In this document: positions 38,894-48,404 of the stretch, piece by piece
Layout: the number at the start of each line of letters is the position of its first letter
How positions within the stretch are numbered: the first letter of the stretch is position 1
NCBI GenBank assembly: GCA_041661275.1
Contig: JBAZUU010000003.1
Coordinates: forward strand, 92,833 to 156,832
Source: Parcubacteria group bacterium
Lineage (GTDB): Bacteria > Patescibacteriota > Minisyncoccia > Moranbacterales > UBA2206
DNA: 64,000 nucleotides
Direction of reading: 5' to 3'
Made by a program: the position numbers and the translations under genes
The notes under the pieces: generated by a model
What the model was told of the DNA's origin: nothing
What the model saw: the letters and a program-made list of their open reading frames with translations, nothing else
Database searches by the model: none

Positions 38894-39979
38894 ATGAAAG
38901 AACTGCAAGATAAAATTTCTGAATTAAAAGAGAAATCCCAAGAAATTGGGAAGATTTTGAATTTGGAGGAAAAAAATAAAAAAATTGGAGAATTAGAAAA
39001 AAGATCTAGCGTCCAGAATTTTTGGGATGATCATGAAAAAGCGTCGCGTATAATGCAGGAGCTGGAAGAATTGAAAAAGGAAATCGGGGAAATAGGGGAT
39101 ATCAAGAAAAAGCTAGAGAGTCTGGAAGAAATGATTGAAATGACCGAAACTGCAAGCGACCAAAAGGAAATAGAACGGGAGATTGGGGAAATTGGGGATA
39201 TGTTGGGAAAATTAGAATTTAAAACACTTTTGGATGGTGAATATGATAGAAACGACGTTATTCTTTCTATATATTCCGGAGCGGGTGGGGTGGACGCGCA
39301 GGATTGGTCGGAAATGCTACTCAAGATGTATCTCAAATGGGCGGAAAATAACGGATATAGAGCGAAAATTCTCGATGAAACGCGCGGACAAGAAGCGGGG
39401 ATAAAAAACGCCACTCTTGAAATTTCTGGCGCATATGCTTATGGAAAACTAAAATCAGAATCGGGTGTGCATCGGCTTGTGCGGCTTTCTCCATATAATT
39501 CCGACAATTTGCGCCAGACTTCATTTGCCCTCGTTGAAATTATGCCCGTCATTGAAGATGTGAAGGAAGTAAAAATAAACGAAAGCGACATAAAACTAGA
39601 TACCTTTCGTTCGTCAGGTGCTGGCGGTCAAAGTGTTAATAAAACCTCCTCTGCTGTGCGGCTGACTCACATCCCGACCGGAACAGTCGTATCTTGTCAA
39701 AACGAAAGAAGCCAGATGCAAAACAGAGAACAGGCAATGAAAATTCTGAAAGCGAAACTCCATCAAAAATATCTGGAAGAAAAAGAGGCGGAGAAAAGAA
39801 AGCTGCGCGGTGAACAGATAAGCGCTGAATGGGGGAGTCAGATCAGGTCGTATGTCATACACCCGTATAAAATGGTCAAAGACCACAGAACGAAATATGA
39901 AACAGCCGACACTGAAAGTGTTTTTAATGGTAACCTCGGCGGATTTCAGGAAAGTTATTTGAAGTGGATAAAAAAATAG
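38894..39979 (+). CDS. prfB: peptide chain release factor 2 (no programmed frameshift evident)
   Basis: GGQ (SGAGGQSVNKTSS) and the RF2-type SPY/SPF motif (RLSPYNSDNLRQTSFA). Confidence 0.85.
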   Translation: MKELQDKISELKEKSQEIGKILNLEEKNKKIGELEKRSSVQNFWDDHEKASRIMQELEELKKEIGEIGDIKKKLESLEEMIEMTETASDQKEIEREIGEIGDMLGKLEFKTLLDGEYDRNDVILSIYSGAGGVDAQDWSEMLLKMYLKWAENNGYRAKILDETRGQEAGIKNATLEISGAYAYGKLKSESGVHRLVRLSPYNSDNLRQTSFALVEIMPVIEDVKEVKINESDIKLDTFRSSGAGGQSVNKTSSAVRLTHIPTGTVVSCQNERSQMQNREQAMKILKAKLHQKYLEEKEAEKRKLRGEQISAEWGSQIRSYVIHPYKMVKDHRTKYETADTESVFNGNLGGFQESYLKWIKK

Positions 39980-39993
39980 TGTATAATACTCTT

Positions 39994-40677
39994 ATGATTA
40001 GATTTGACCAAGTGACAAAAAAATTCAAAGACGATTCGCCAGCTCTGGAAGATATTAATCTGGAAATAAAAGAAGGGGAATTCGTTTCTATTGTCGGAGC
40101 ATCCGGCGCGGGAAAATCGACGCTTTTGAAGCTGATCTATGCCGAGGAAAAACCGACAATCGGGACGGTTTTTTTCAAAGATAAACCACTTGATTCCATC
40201 AAGCGTCGAAAAATGCCGTTTCATCGCAGAAATATTGGAACCGTTTTTCAAGATTTTAAACTCTTGCCCAAGAAAACAGTTTTTGAAAATGTGGCTTATG
40301 CCCTGGAAGCTTGTGGCGCTCCGAAAGCCGAGATTATGGAAGATGTGCCGCAGATATTGGATATTGTCGGTTTGGGAGAAAAGATGCATAAATTTCCGCG
40401 TGAACTTTCCGGAGGCGAACAGCAAAGGGTGGCTCTGGCTCGGGCGCTTATCCACAAGCCACTAGTCATTGTGGCCGATGAGCCGACGGGAAATCTCGAT
40501 CCGGTTTCCAGCGTAGAACTCGTGGAACTGCTTTTAAAAATCAATAATTTGGGAACGACAGTGCTTTTGGCTAGTCATGACAAAGATATTGTCAATAAAG
40601 CAGCCAAAAGAATGGTAATTTTGGAAAAGGGAAAAATTATCGGCGATGAAGCCATAGGGGAATATAAAATAAGTTGA
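39994..40677 (+). CDS. ftsE: cell-division ABC ATPase FtsE
   Basis: MIRFDQVTKKF start. Walker A GASGAGKST. Extended -10 gtgtataat at 39977-39985. Confidence 0.85.
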   Translation: MIRFDQVTKKFKDDSPALEDINLEIKEGEFVSIVGASGAGKSTLLKLIYAEEKPTIGTVFFKDKPLDSIKRRKMPFHRRNIGTVFQDFKLLPKKTVFENVAYALEACGAPKAEIMEDVPQILDIVGLGEKMHKFPRELSGGEQQRVALARALIHKPLVIVADEPTGNLDPVSSVELVELLLKINNLGTTVLLASHDKDIVNKAAKRMVILEKGKIIGDEAIGEYKIS

Positions 40678-40690
40678 CCTTTACACTAGA

Positions 40691-40729
40691 ATTAGTATAT
40701 TAGTAATTGATTCGTAATTAGTAAAGAAA
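40691..40729. repeat. ATTAGTA / TTCGTAA words upstream of ftsX
   Basis: attagtatattagtaattgattcgtaattagtaaagaaa is nearly identical to 11267-11305. Confidence 0.75.
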
Positions 40730-40733
40730 CATC

Positions 40734-41642
40734 ATGTTTTTAGTCATAGGACGAACATTTAAGGAAGCGTTAAGTAATTTTTTTAGAAACGGTTGGCTGT
40801 CGCTGGCCGCGGTGACAGTTTTGATTTTGTCGCTGTATATTCTTAGTCTCATGTTTGTTGTCACTAAAACAGCCAATGGAATTTTGACGGATGTGGAGAA
40901 TAAGGTTAATGTCAGCGTCTATTTCAAATCCGACGCGACTCCCGAAAGGATGGAAGCGCTTCAAAATCAATTGGAAAAAAATGCTGATGTGGCGTCGGTG
41001 GATTTTGTTTCTCGTGAGAAGGCTCTAGAAAATTTCAAGAGAAATAACGCCAACGAACCTATCATTATAAAATCTCTGGAAGAGATAGGAGATAATCCGC
41101 TCCTGGCGTCACTGATAGTGAAAGCCAATAATCAGACGAAATACGACTCGATTGTCAGCGCTATTTCTGGTTCTGATTATAAAGATGATATCAGCCGGGT
41201 CAATTATGGTAAGAATAAAGAAATTATAGACCGACTAAACAAAATAATAACTGAAATAAAAAAATTCGGTCTGGGACTTGTCGTGCTCTTTTCGGTGATT
41301 TCTATTCTCATAGTTTTCAACACTATCCGTATTACCATCTACACACATAAAAACGAAATCGAAGTGATGCGCTTGGTCGGCGCTTCCAATACTTTCATTC
41401 GCCTGCCTTTCGTTTTTGAAGGAATTCTCTATGGTATCATCGCCACTCTTATTTCCACCGTTTTTGTTTTTGTGACCATATTTTTGGTCAATTCAAAAAT
41501 TTCCACCATTCTCACTTCTCAAAATCTTCTGTCTGTCTTTTATCATAATGTTTTATTTATCATAGGAGTCCAGCTGGCAGTCGGCATCATTTTGGGAGTT
41601 GTTAGTTCGATGATCGCAATCAGGAAATATTTGAAAATATAA
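40734..41642 (+). CDS. ftsX: cell-division permease-like protein FtsX
   Basis: N-terminal TM, periplasmic domain and three TMs, immediately after ftsE. Confidence 0.8.
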   Translation: MFLVIGRTFKEALSNFFRNGWLSLAAVTVLILSLYILSLMFVVTKTANGILTDVENKVNVSVYFKSDATPERMEALQNQLEKNADVASVDFVSREKALENFKRNNANEPIIIKSLEEIGDNPLLASLIVKANNQTKYDSIVSAISGSDYKDDISRVNYGKNKEIIDRLNKIITEIKKFGLGLVVLFSVISILIVFNTIRITIYTHKNEIEVMRLVGASNTFIRLPFVFEGILYGIIATLISTVFVFVTIFLVNSKISTILTSQNLLSVFYHNVLFIIGVQLAVGIILGVVSSMIAIRKYLKI

Positions 41643-41660
41643 AGCATACTATTTCTACCA

Positions 41661-41688
41661 AAAAAAGGCTCACATGAGCCTTTTTTTC
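41661..41688. terminator. bidirectional hairpin terminator between ftsX and tRNA-Gln
   Basis: aaaaaaaggctcacatgagccttttttt. Confidence 0.6.
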
Positions 41689-41693
41689 GTGTG

Positions 41694-41765
41694 TTGGGGA
41701 GGAGGGATTCGAACCCCCGCATGCTAGGACCAGAACCTAGTGCCTTACCGCTTGGCTACTCCCCA
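41694..41765 (-). tRNA. tRNA-Gln (anticodon CTG)
   Basis: The reverse complement reads TGGGGAGTAGCCAAGCGGTAAGGCACTAGGTTCTGGTCCTAG...GGTTCGAATCC...CTCCCCA, with a U1-A72 start as in E. coli tRNA-Gln. Confidence 0.8.
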
Positions 41766-41950
41766 AAATTTCTATTTTATTAACATAATATAATGTAGCT
41801 TAAATTAACAATTTAATCAACATTAAAATCCCAAAGCTAAGCTTTGGGATTTTGGAAATAACTACGCTCCGCTGTTGTATTAACAAAAGGTACCTTAACA
41901 AGGCTCTTTTTTGGGTGTAGGTTTTTATTAAACATGGAGGGGGAAAGGAA

Positions 41951-42910
41951 ATGCGAGAAAGATTTGATTTTAAGGTTTGGTTTTCGAAGCATTTGGTTGA
42001 GGCCGGTATGAGCTTCTATGGGCTTTATTTAGTTGTTGATTTCGCCATGAATTACTTTTACAGCGGCGAGATGAATCGAGGAGTACTTAACTTCTATCTT
42101 TTTTCAGTATCAGGTAGAAAAGATTTAATCATGTCGTTTATTCTATTGATTGGCTTCGTAATTTCCAGCCGGTTTGTAAGGGAAGTCATCAAGGGGTGCA
42201 AACAGACAGAAGAAGAACAAAAAAAATATGCCGATAAAATTGAAAAGTTTGCTTATTCAGTTTGCCACGATCTGAAAAGTCCGGTTGTAGGGTTGTATGG
42301 ACTCGTCAGGCGTCTGCATGATAAGCACTCCGAAACCCTTGATGAAAAAGGAAAAATATACTGCGATCAAATAATGAGGGCTGCCGAACACATAGAAGCC
42401 CTGGTAAGAAACATAAACGAGTTTATAACCACACGAGAAGTTCCGATGAATTTACAGAAGTTGAACATAAGAGAAGTCATAGAGCTTGTCCGGGAAGAAT
42501 TCATTGTTCATAGCAATGCGGCCAGAAAAGTAGAGTGGCATATTCCGGAAAAAATTCCGGAGATGCGAGCCGATCGCACATCAATTCACCGGGTTTTGAG
42601 AAATCTCATGGATAATGCTTTGAAATACGGAGGAGAAGGCCTGAGCCGGATAATAATCGAATGTGAGGAAAGACAGGACTCCTATTTTTTCTCTTTTCAT
42701 GACGATGGAAAAGGAATCCATGAAGACGATCAAATAAAGGTATTTGAGCTGTTTCAAAGGCTCAAATCTTCAAAAGAAGTTGATGGCTCTGGCATGGGGC
42801 TGGCCATTGTTAAGGAAATAGTCGAAAGACATGGGGGTCGGATCTGGGTTGAGTCGGTTCCTGAAAAAGGAACCACATTTTTCTTTTCCATTTCCAAAAA
42901 AATAACATAA
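41951..42910 (+). CDS. membrane sensor histidine kinase
   Basis: H-box FAYSVCHDLKSP. N/G boxes ...NALKYG..GSGMGLAIVKEIVERHGGRIWVES. Confidence 0.8.
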   Translation: MRERFDFKVWFSKHLVEAGMSFYGLYLVVDFAMNYFYSGEMNRGVLNFYLFSVSGRKDLIMSFILLIGFVISSRFVREVIKGCKQTEEEQKKYADKIEKFAYSVCHDLKSPVVGLYGLVRRLHDKHSETLDEKGKIYCDQIMRAAEHIEALVRNINEFITTREVPMNLQKLNIREVIELVREEFIVHSNAARKVEWHIPEKIPEMRADRTSIHRVLRNLMDNALKYGGEGLSRIIIECEERQDSYFFSFHDDGKGIHEDDQIKVFELFQRLKSSKEVDGSGMGLAIVKEIVERHGGRIWVESVPEKGTTFFFSISKKIT

Positions 42911-43058
42911 ATTGCCAACGCGCGCAAAGAACTCCCGGAGCTTAGCTCTGGGAGTTTTCTTTTAAATAAATTGACTTTTTGACTAAGCTACTGTAAATTG
43001 CGGAAATGCTTATATTAACTACTCAAGGATAATTTTTGTGGTATAATATTATCAAGCT

Positions 43059-45128
43059 ATGAAAAAAATACTAATTTTTCCAATCAGCCTATATTTCTTT
43101 TTGGCTTTTTTTATTTCTCCAGTTGGGGCGGAAAAGATTGTCCCTGATGATGTTGAGCATGTCGATTCCACTTCAGTTACGATGAATATCAAATCCGATT
43201 CGACGATTGCTGTTACGGAAAAATTTGAATACGATTATGCCGGTCATGCCCGGCCGGGCGTAACCCGATATATCCCGATAACATACCGGGATCTGGACGG
43301 AAAAAAGATCTCGATTGACATTTCCGACGTTAATGTCACAGATGAAAACGAAAATCCGCTTTTTTTCAGTCAGGATACGGTAAAAGATGATAACAAGAAT
43401 AAATCATATCTGGCTATCACAATTATCGACGATCAAGCGACGGCGCCAGGGGCAAAATCCTGGTATTCTATCCATTATACAGTTTCGGGCGCTATAAGAT
43501 TCAAATCAAATGAAGATCAGCTTTTTTGGGATGCGACCGGCGACAGATGGTCGGTCTATGTGGCATATCCGGAGATAAAAATATATTTGCCACAAAAAAT
43601 TGATCGCAACAAAGTAACGAAGTCGTGCTTTATCGGACTCAAAGAAGCAACTATCGATTGCATCGACCGGATTGAAAATCGGAAAGATCCTGATGCCTAT
43701 TTTTCCTACAAAGGCACGGTGTCTTACGAGAGTATGACTACTCTCGTCAAATTTCCCAAAGGCGTTGTTCAAAAAACAACTTCAGCACAGCAAAGTTATT
43801 GGAGCGCTCTCAAAGATGACTATTGGAAATTGGCGGAAATCATACTCCTAACATTATGTTTATTCTCCACTGCCACTTTTTTTGTTACGCATTTTAAGAA
43901 AATAATACGATACGAGTGGCGAAAACGGGCGCGGGAAATTATATCTCGGTGGAAAGAAATAAGGATCGCTCATGCTCATAGAATCAGAAATAAAAGCCGG
44001 AAATGGTGGATAGGCGCTTTTACTGTCTTGGCTGTAGTTGTACTTAGCGGACTGATGGCTTTTTGGAAAATAGATAACACTTTGAATAAAATTTCCACCA
44101 AAGGCGAGTCTGTCTCGAGCATTGCTCAAGCCAGTCTTGGCGGAGGCGGACAAATAAAGGGCGAGAGTGATGGACGGATAAATCTACTGCTTCTCGGAAT
44201 GCTTGGCGCGGGTCATCCCGGTGGAGGACTCAATACTGATACGATTATGGTGGTGAGCGTTGAGCCGAAAAATAATCGAATGTCTATGATTTCTATCCCG
44301 CGGGATCTCTGGGTAACTGACCCGGGACGCGACAGTAAAAGCAAAATAAATGCTGTTTATGCTTACGGCGAAGAGAAAGGGACTGGTCGAGGAATAATAG
44401 ATATGGAAAATTTGATTGGAGACATAACCGGTCTTCAGATCCACTATACCGCCGTGGTGAGTACGCAGGCTTTTTCACGTCTGGTTGATACTTTGGGCGG
44501 AGTGGAAGTGAAACTCAAAGAACCTTTTTCCGAAAATATCCAATTCAATGATGTCAAGGTTTGCGATTCGGATACATACACTGTTCCAACCGGAGAAACT
44601 GAACAAAAGAAAAACGAGAAAGGAAAAGTAGTGGCTGAATACCCGCTTTGTAAAAATAAAACTCCGGAATGTGGCGAAAATTTCAGCCTCCCGGCCGGAA
44701 AAAATAACCTAACTGGCGCGCAAGCGCTTTGTTTTGTCCGGTCGCGATATGAGACCTCTGATTTTGAAAGGGCCAAGCGTCAACAGTTGATCATCGGACA
44801 GATCAAAGAAAAAGCGACGCAACTTGGTATTATGGATTTTTCCAAAGTCAATTCTATTTTGGATAATATGGGCGACAATGTCCGGACTGATATGCAGCTT
44901 TGGGAAATGAGGCGGCTTTTTGACATTTATAAAGGAATGGATAACCCAAAAGTGTATCAAAGGGTGCTTGAAGATTCCAAGGAGGGTCTGCTTTATTCAC
45001 CCGACAAATCACCGGAAACCGGATTTATTCTGCTTCCAAGAGGCGACAACTATGACAAGATCCGCGATTTGTTCAAAAATATTTTCTTCATGGCTCAAAC
45101 CCAGTCGGACATCAAGCCGAAAATATAA
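43059..45128 (+). CDS. LCP (LytR-CpsA-Psr) family protein with large N-terminal extracellular domain
   Basis: Signal peptide, mid TM, and a C-terminal LCP core (LLLLGMLGAGHPGGGLNTDTIMVVSV...ISIPRDLWV). Confidence 0.75.
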   Translation: MKKILIFPISLYFFLAFFISPVGAEKIVPDDVEHVDSTSVTMNIKSDSTIAVTEKFEYDYAGHARPGVTRYIPITYRDLDGKKISIDISDVNVTDENENPLFFSQDTVKDDNKNKSYLAITIIDDQATAPGAKSWYSIHYTVSGAIRFKSNEDQLFWDATGDRWSVYVAYPEIKIYLPQKIDRNKVTKSCFIGLKEATIDCIDRIENRKDPDAYFSYKGTVSYESMTTLVKFPKGVVQKTTSAQQSYWSALKDDYWKLAEIILLTLCLFSTATFFVTHFKKIIRYEWRKRAREIISRWKEIRIAHAHRIRNKSRKWWIGAFTVLAVVVLSGLMAFWKIDNTLNKISTKGESVSSIAQASLGGGGQIKGESDGRINLLLLGMLGAGHPGGGLNTDTIMVVSVEPKNNRMSMISIPRDLWVTDPGRDSKSKINAVYAYGEEKGTGRGIIDMENLIGDITGLQIHYTAVVSTQAFSRLVDTLGGVEVKLKEPFSENIQFNDVKVCDSDTYTVPTGETEQKKNEKGKVVAEYPLCKNKTPECGENFSLPAGKNNLTGAQALCFVRSRYETSDFERAKRQQLIIGQIKEKATQLGIMDFSKVNSILDNMGDNVRTDMQLWEMRRLFDIYKGMDNPKVYQRVLEDSKEGLLYSPDKSPETGFILLPRGDNYDKIRDLFKNIFFMAQTQSDIKPKI

Positions 45129-45267
45129 TTCTTTATTTTTTATCAGTAATCCTAGAGCGAGGCTCTAGGATTTTTTTTAGTTGACTTTTCTAAGGCTTTT
45201 TGATAAATTGTTGATTAGTTACCTGGTGTTTCATTTCTGTTGACCTACAAATGGAGGGGATTAGGTA

Positions 45268-45461
45268 TGGCGGAAAAATTGTACATTGTTCGGGAAAATG
45301 GCTGCGTTGCCGATAAGCCTTGCTCTTGTGGGGGTATTTCGGATGTCGACAACGAAGAAGCTCTGGGTGTTTTGGGAATATCGCCGAATGAAGTATGTTT
45401 GAATTGCGGCGGCGACATTCAGTGCGCCTTGGCAACAAGGCTGATAGTTGAAAAAAAATAA
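45268..45461 (+). CDS. small Cys-rich protein (64 aa, 7 Cys)
   Basis: GGAGGGGA RBS. MAEKLYIVRENGCVADKPCSCGG...CLNCGGDIQC. A hairpin terminator follows at 45490-45520. Confidence 0.4.
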
Positions 45462-45559
45462 CAGAAGACAACATGGATTACTAGATCCAGGGGAGGCCGA
45501 TGGCTTCCCTTTTATTATTGGCAATATTGACAATATAAAAATGTAATATAGAATATAAA

Positions 45560-45586
45560 TTAGCACTCGGACTTGACGAGTGCTAA
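45560..45586. promoter_or_regulatory. CIRCE operator (HrcA binding site), perfect
   Basis: TTAGCACTC-ggacttgac-GAGTGCTAA, upstream of hrcA. Confidence 0.85.
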
Positions 45587-45728
45587 TAGCGATGCTAAGA
45601 TGAAGATAGTTGATTGGAAAATAGAAAATAGTTCAGGAAATTGGAAAAAAGAAAATAGAATCTTATTTCTAATTTCTGTTTTCTTAAACTAATTTCCAAT
45701 TTCTATTCAACTAATTTCTATTATTGTT

Positions 45729-46466
45729 ATGGAAGAGCGTCATAAAAAAATTCTATCAGCGATTATTGAAGAATATACTAATTTTGCTGTTCCGGTTGGT
45801 TCAAAAATTCTTGTTGAAAAATACGGTTTTGATTTGAGTCCGGCAACGATCAGAAATGATATGCAGGAGCTGGAAGAAAAAGGATTTCTTCATCAGCCGC
45901 ATATTTCCGCCGGAAGAATTCCGACTGACAAAGGCTATCGTTTTTTTGTGGAAGAGATAATGAAAGATCAAAAACTTTCCCCAAAAGATCAGAAAAAATT
46001 GCAAACAGAAGTGTTGAAACTAAAAGCGCAAAATAACCGACTTTCAAGGACTACCGCCAAGCTTCTCTCGTCCCTTTCGGGAAATCTGGCCATCACTGGT
46101 CAAGAAAATGATTTTTATGATTTTGGGATGAGCGAGCTTCTCTCAAAACCGGAATTTCAGGCTATCGATGAATTTTGCCGCGTGGCGGAAGTGCTGGATT
46201 ATATTGATGAAAATATTGATACGATTCTCGCCCAAGTCAAAGACGGTGAAACTAAGATTTTCATAGGCAAGGAAAATCCGATCAAAGAAATTTCCAACTG
46301 TTCGATGGTCGTCTCACCATATATGACAAAATCAGGTGAACGAGGAGTGTTGGCCATCATTGGTCCAAAGAGGATGAAATATGCCAAGAACAAATCACTT
46401 TTGGATTATGTCCGGAAACTGATCAGTCCAGCGGCTGTAATATTAATAATAGTAGTAAGTATTTAG
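45729..46466 (+). CDS. hrcA: heat-inducible transcription repressor HrcA (short form)
   Basis: ILSAIIEEYTNFAVPVGSKILVEKYGFDLSPATIRNDMQELEEKGFL. Confidence 0.8.
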   Translation: MEERHKKILSAIIEEYTNFAVPVGSKILVEKYGFDLSPATIRNDMQELEEKGFLHQPHISAGRIPTDKGYRFFVEEIMKDQKLSPKDQKKLQTEVLKLKAQNNRLSRTTAKLLSSLSGNLAITGQENDFYDFGMSELLSKPEFQAIDEFCRVAEVLDYIDENIDTILAQVKDGETKIFIGKENPIKEISNCSMVVSPYMTKSGERGVLAIIGPKRMKYAKNKSLLDYVRKLISPAAVILIIVVSI

Positions 46467-46490
46467 TAGAAAGTATAAAGCGTAAAAAAA

Positions 46491-46521
46491 GAAGTAAGAA
46501 GTAAGAAGTAAGAAGTAAGAA
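46491..46521. repeat. (GAAGTAA)x4.4 heptanucleotide tandem repeat
   Basis: gaagtaagaagtaagaagtaagaagtaagaa, just upstream of the grpE-fusion start. Confidence 0.9.
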
Positions 46522-46529
46522 AAATTGCT

Positions 46530-47399
46530 ATGGAAGATAAAGAAAACAGAAAATATCCGGAGCCGATTGTCGGCGCTTTGATAATGGACGATGAAGGAAA
46601 AATATTTTTGGCCAAAAGCCACAAGTGGAAGGGAAAATATACAATACCCGGAGGCCATGTTGAAATGTTAGAAAAAATAAAAGAAGCGGTTGAAAGAGAA
46701 GTTAAGGAAGAAACTAATTTGGATGTGGAAATGGTTGATTATATCGGAGCTGAGGAAAGTATAAATAACAAGGGTTTTCATGAGGAAAGACATTTTATTT
46801 TTATTGATATTCTATGCGTTCTCAAGGGAGGCAAAGATGACTTGAAGCTCAATGATGAGTTTGATGGGGAATTTGTTTGGATAGACCCCAAAAAAAGTGT
46901 GGAATTGGATTTAGCTGAAGGAGCTAAAAAAATAGTAGAAAATTATTTGAAATATAAAAAAAGAGAGGAATATCTTGATAGCTGGAAAAGATGCCAGGCG
47001 GATTTTGAAAATTACAAAAAGCGGCAAGCAGAGATGCTAAAGGATACGTATAAATATGCTAATCAGGGGTTGATACAGGAAGTCTTGCCGGTTTTGGATA
47101 ACTTTCACGCTTCCACCGAACACGTTCCATCTGACCAAAAAGATGAGCCTTGGGTGACGGGCATTATGCATATCCAAAAACAATTAGAAAAAGTGCTGGA
47201 AGATAATAATGTTAGTGAGATAAAAATAAAAAAGGGTGATAAATTTAATCCGGAAGTGATGGAAGCGATAAAACAAGAAACAAAGAACAATGAACAAGGA
47301 ACAGGAGAGGAATGTAAGAATATTGTGAAGCAAGTGGTGGCGCGAGGATATAAGATTGGCGAAAGAGTCATTAGGGCGGCGAGAGTAGTGGTGGAATAG
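46530..47399 (+). CDS. grpE: NUDIX hydrolase domain fused to GrpE nucleotide-exchange factor
   Basis: The N-terminus carries the Nudix box GGHVEMLEKIKEAVEREVKEETN. The C-terminus carries the GrpE motifs DFENYKKR, VLPVLDNF and RGYKIGERVIRAARVVV. It is a single 289-aa ORF. Confidence 0.7.
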   Translation: MEDKENRKYPEPIVGALIMDDEGKIFLAKSHKWKGKYTIPGGHVEMLEKIKEAVEREVKEETNLDVEMVDYIGAEESINNKGFHEERHFIFIDILCVLKGGKDDLKLNDEFDGEFVWIDPKKSVELDLAEGAKKIVENYLKYKKREEYLDSWKRCQADFENYKKRQAEMLKDTYKYANQGLIQEVLPVLDNFHASTEHVPSDQKDEPWVTGIMHIQKQLEKVLEDNNVSEIKIKKGDKFNPEVMEAIKQETKNNEQGTGEECKNIVKQVVARGYKIGERVIRAARVVVE

Positions 47400-47563
47400 A
47401 GTACATTGAAATTCACCCCGTGGAGTAAATTTTGCTCCGCAAAATTATTTTTCTGTAGGAAAAATTACTCCACGGGGTAAAAAAAACCGGCTGGGCGGAA
47501 ATCCGACCAACCGGAAGAGGGGGAATTGCAGGCGAGTTTGTTTACGCGTGCATCAGACAATGG

Positions 47564-47953
47564 TTAAGCTTCGGGGCAAAGGCCGCCCTGGCTAAGGTAG
47601 TTGGCGATTATGTCCGGATTATCGGTATCAAGCAATTTGGCTGTCTCGGCGACTGCTTCCGATCCGAACTGGCGCATAATGCGCAGCTATGCGAAGTCCC
47701 GACGCTTCGTCGGGGTTTGGGCACTGCCGCATAGCGGGAGTTCTGCGATGTGTCGCGAGCGATTGTGACGATAAATCCTGTTTATTTCATCGCCCAAATT
47801 CGCAGAGCTGCGCATTCTGCAAGATGGAGCGGAGCAAAGCGACGCGACATTTTGCAGAACTGATCTCATAGAGATCTTGTTGAAGAGGCGTCTCATTAAT
47901 TGTTCGTAAGTAAGGTCTTTTACTGCGATTTCTTCCATCATTACTCCTTTCAA
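47564..47953 (-). pseudogene. GC-rich hypothetical gene interrupted by a 114-bp in-frame palindromic insertion (ATGA-coupled to the upstream gene)
   Basis: The minus-strand frame continues through TAG at 47687 into ...LRIMRQFGSEAVAETAKLLDTDNPDIIANYLSQGGLCPEA*. The insertion 47694-47807 is flanked by gcgcataatgcgcagct / agctgcgcattctgc. Confidence 0.3.
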
Positions 47954-48192
47954 TGTTTTTCTGTGGAAGCAAGATTATAAGCTGCTAAGCTCATACAGAC
48001 ATTGTCGAATTCTTCTGACTGGAATACTATCCCTTTAGCTTCAGATACTTGATATTCGCGAAGAGAATGTTCCAGTTGTTGGATGATTTCATGAAAAATT
48101 TTCATATTTTCCTTATCCCAAGGTCCGCCAAAGTAGAGATTCTCTAATTTCCTTAGGAGGTTCATCTCTTCCTGATGTTTAACGATAATCAT
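47950..48192 (-). CDS. hypothetical protein (about 80 aa), upstream partner of the disrupted gene
   Basis: GGAGG before the ATG at 48192 (minus). Its stop overlaps the next ATG as ATGA. Confidence 0.35.
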   Translation of the reverse strand: MIIVKHQEEMNLLRKLENLYFGGPWDKENMKIFHEIIQQLEHSLREYQVSEAKGIVFQSEEFDNVCMSLAAYNLASTEKH

Positions 48193-48404
48193 GCCCGACC
48201 TCCAATATAAGTTGATGTGGAAAAGAACAGTCAAAGCCGCAGACTATAAAATACTGTTAAATTGCTGCTTTGTCAAATAGTTATCCTTTTAGCTGCTAAT
48301 TATATTGGCAGTTGAAATAAATAACTAATGTAAATAATTTTCAAACCCCTCCTTTTGTTCCTCCCCTTAGAAAGGGGAGGAGGACAAGGTAGGGACAAAA
48401 AATA

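Noticed and set aside
38894-39979. Programmed +1 frameshift in prfB
   Set aside because: The RF2 ORF is continuous from its ATG with no early in-frame UGA, so no frameshift site is present here.
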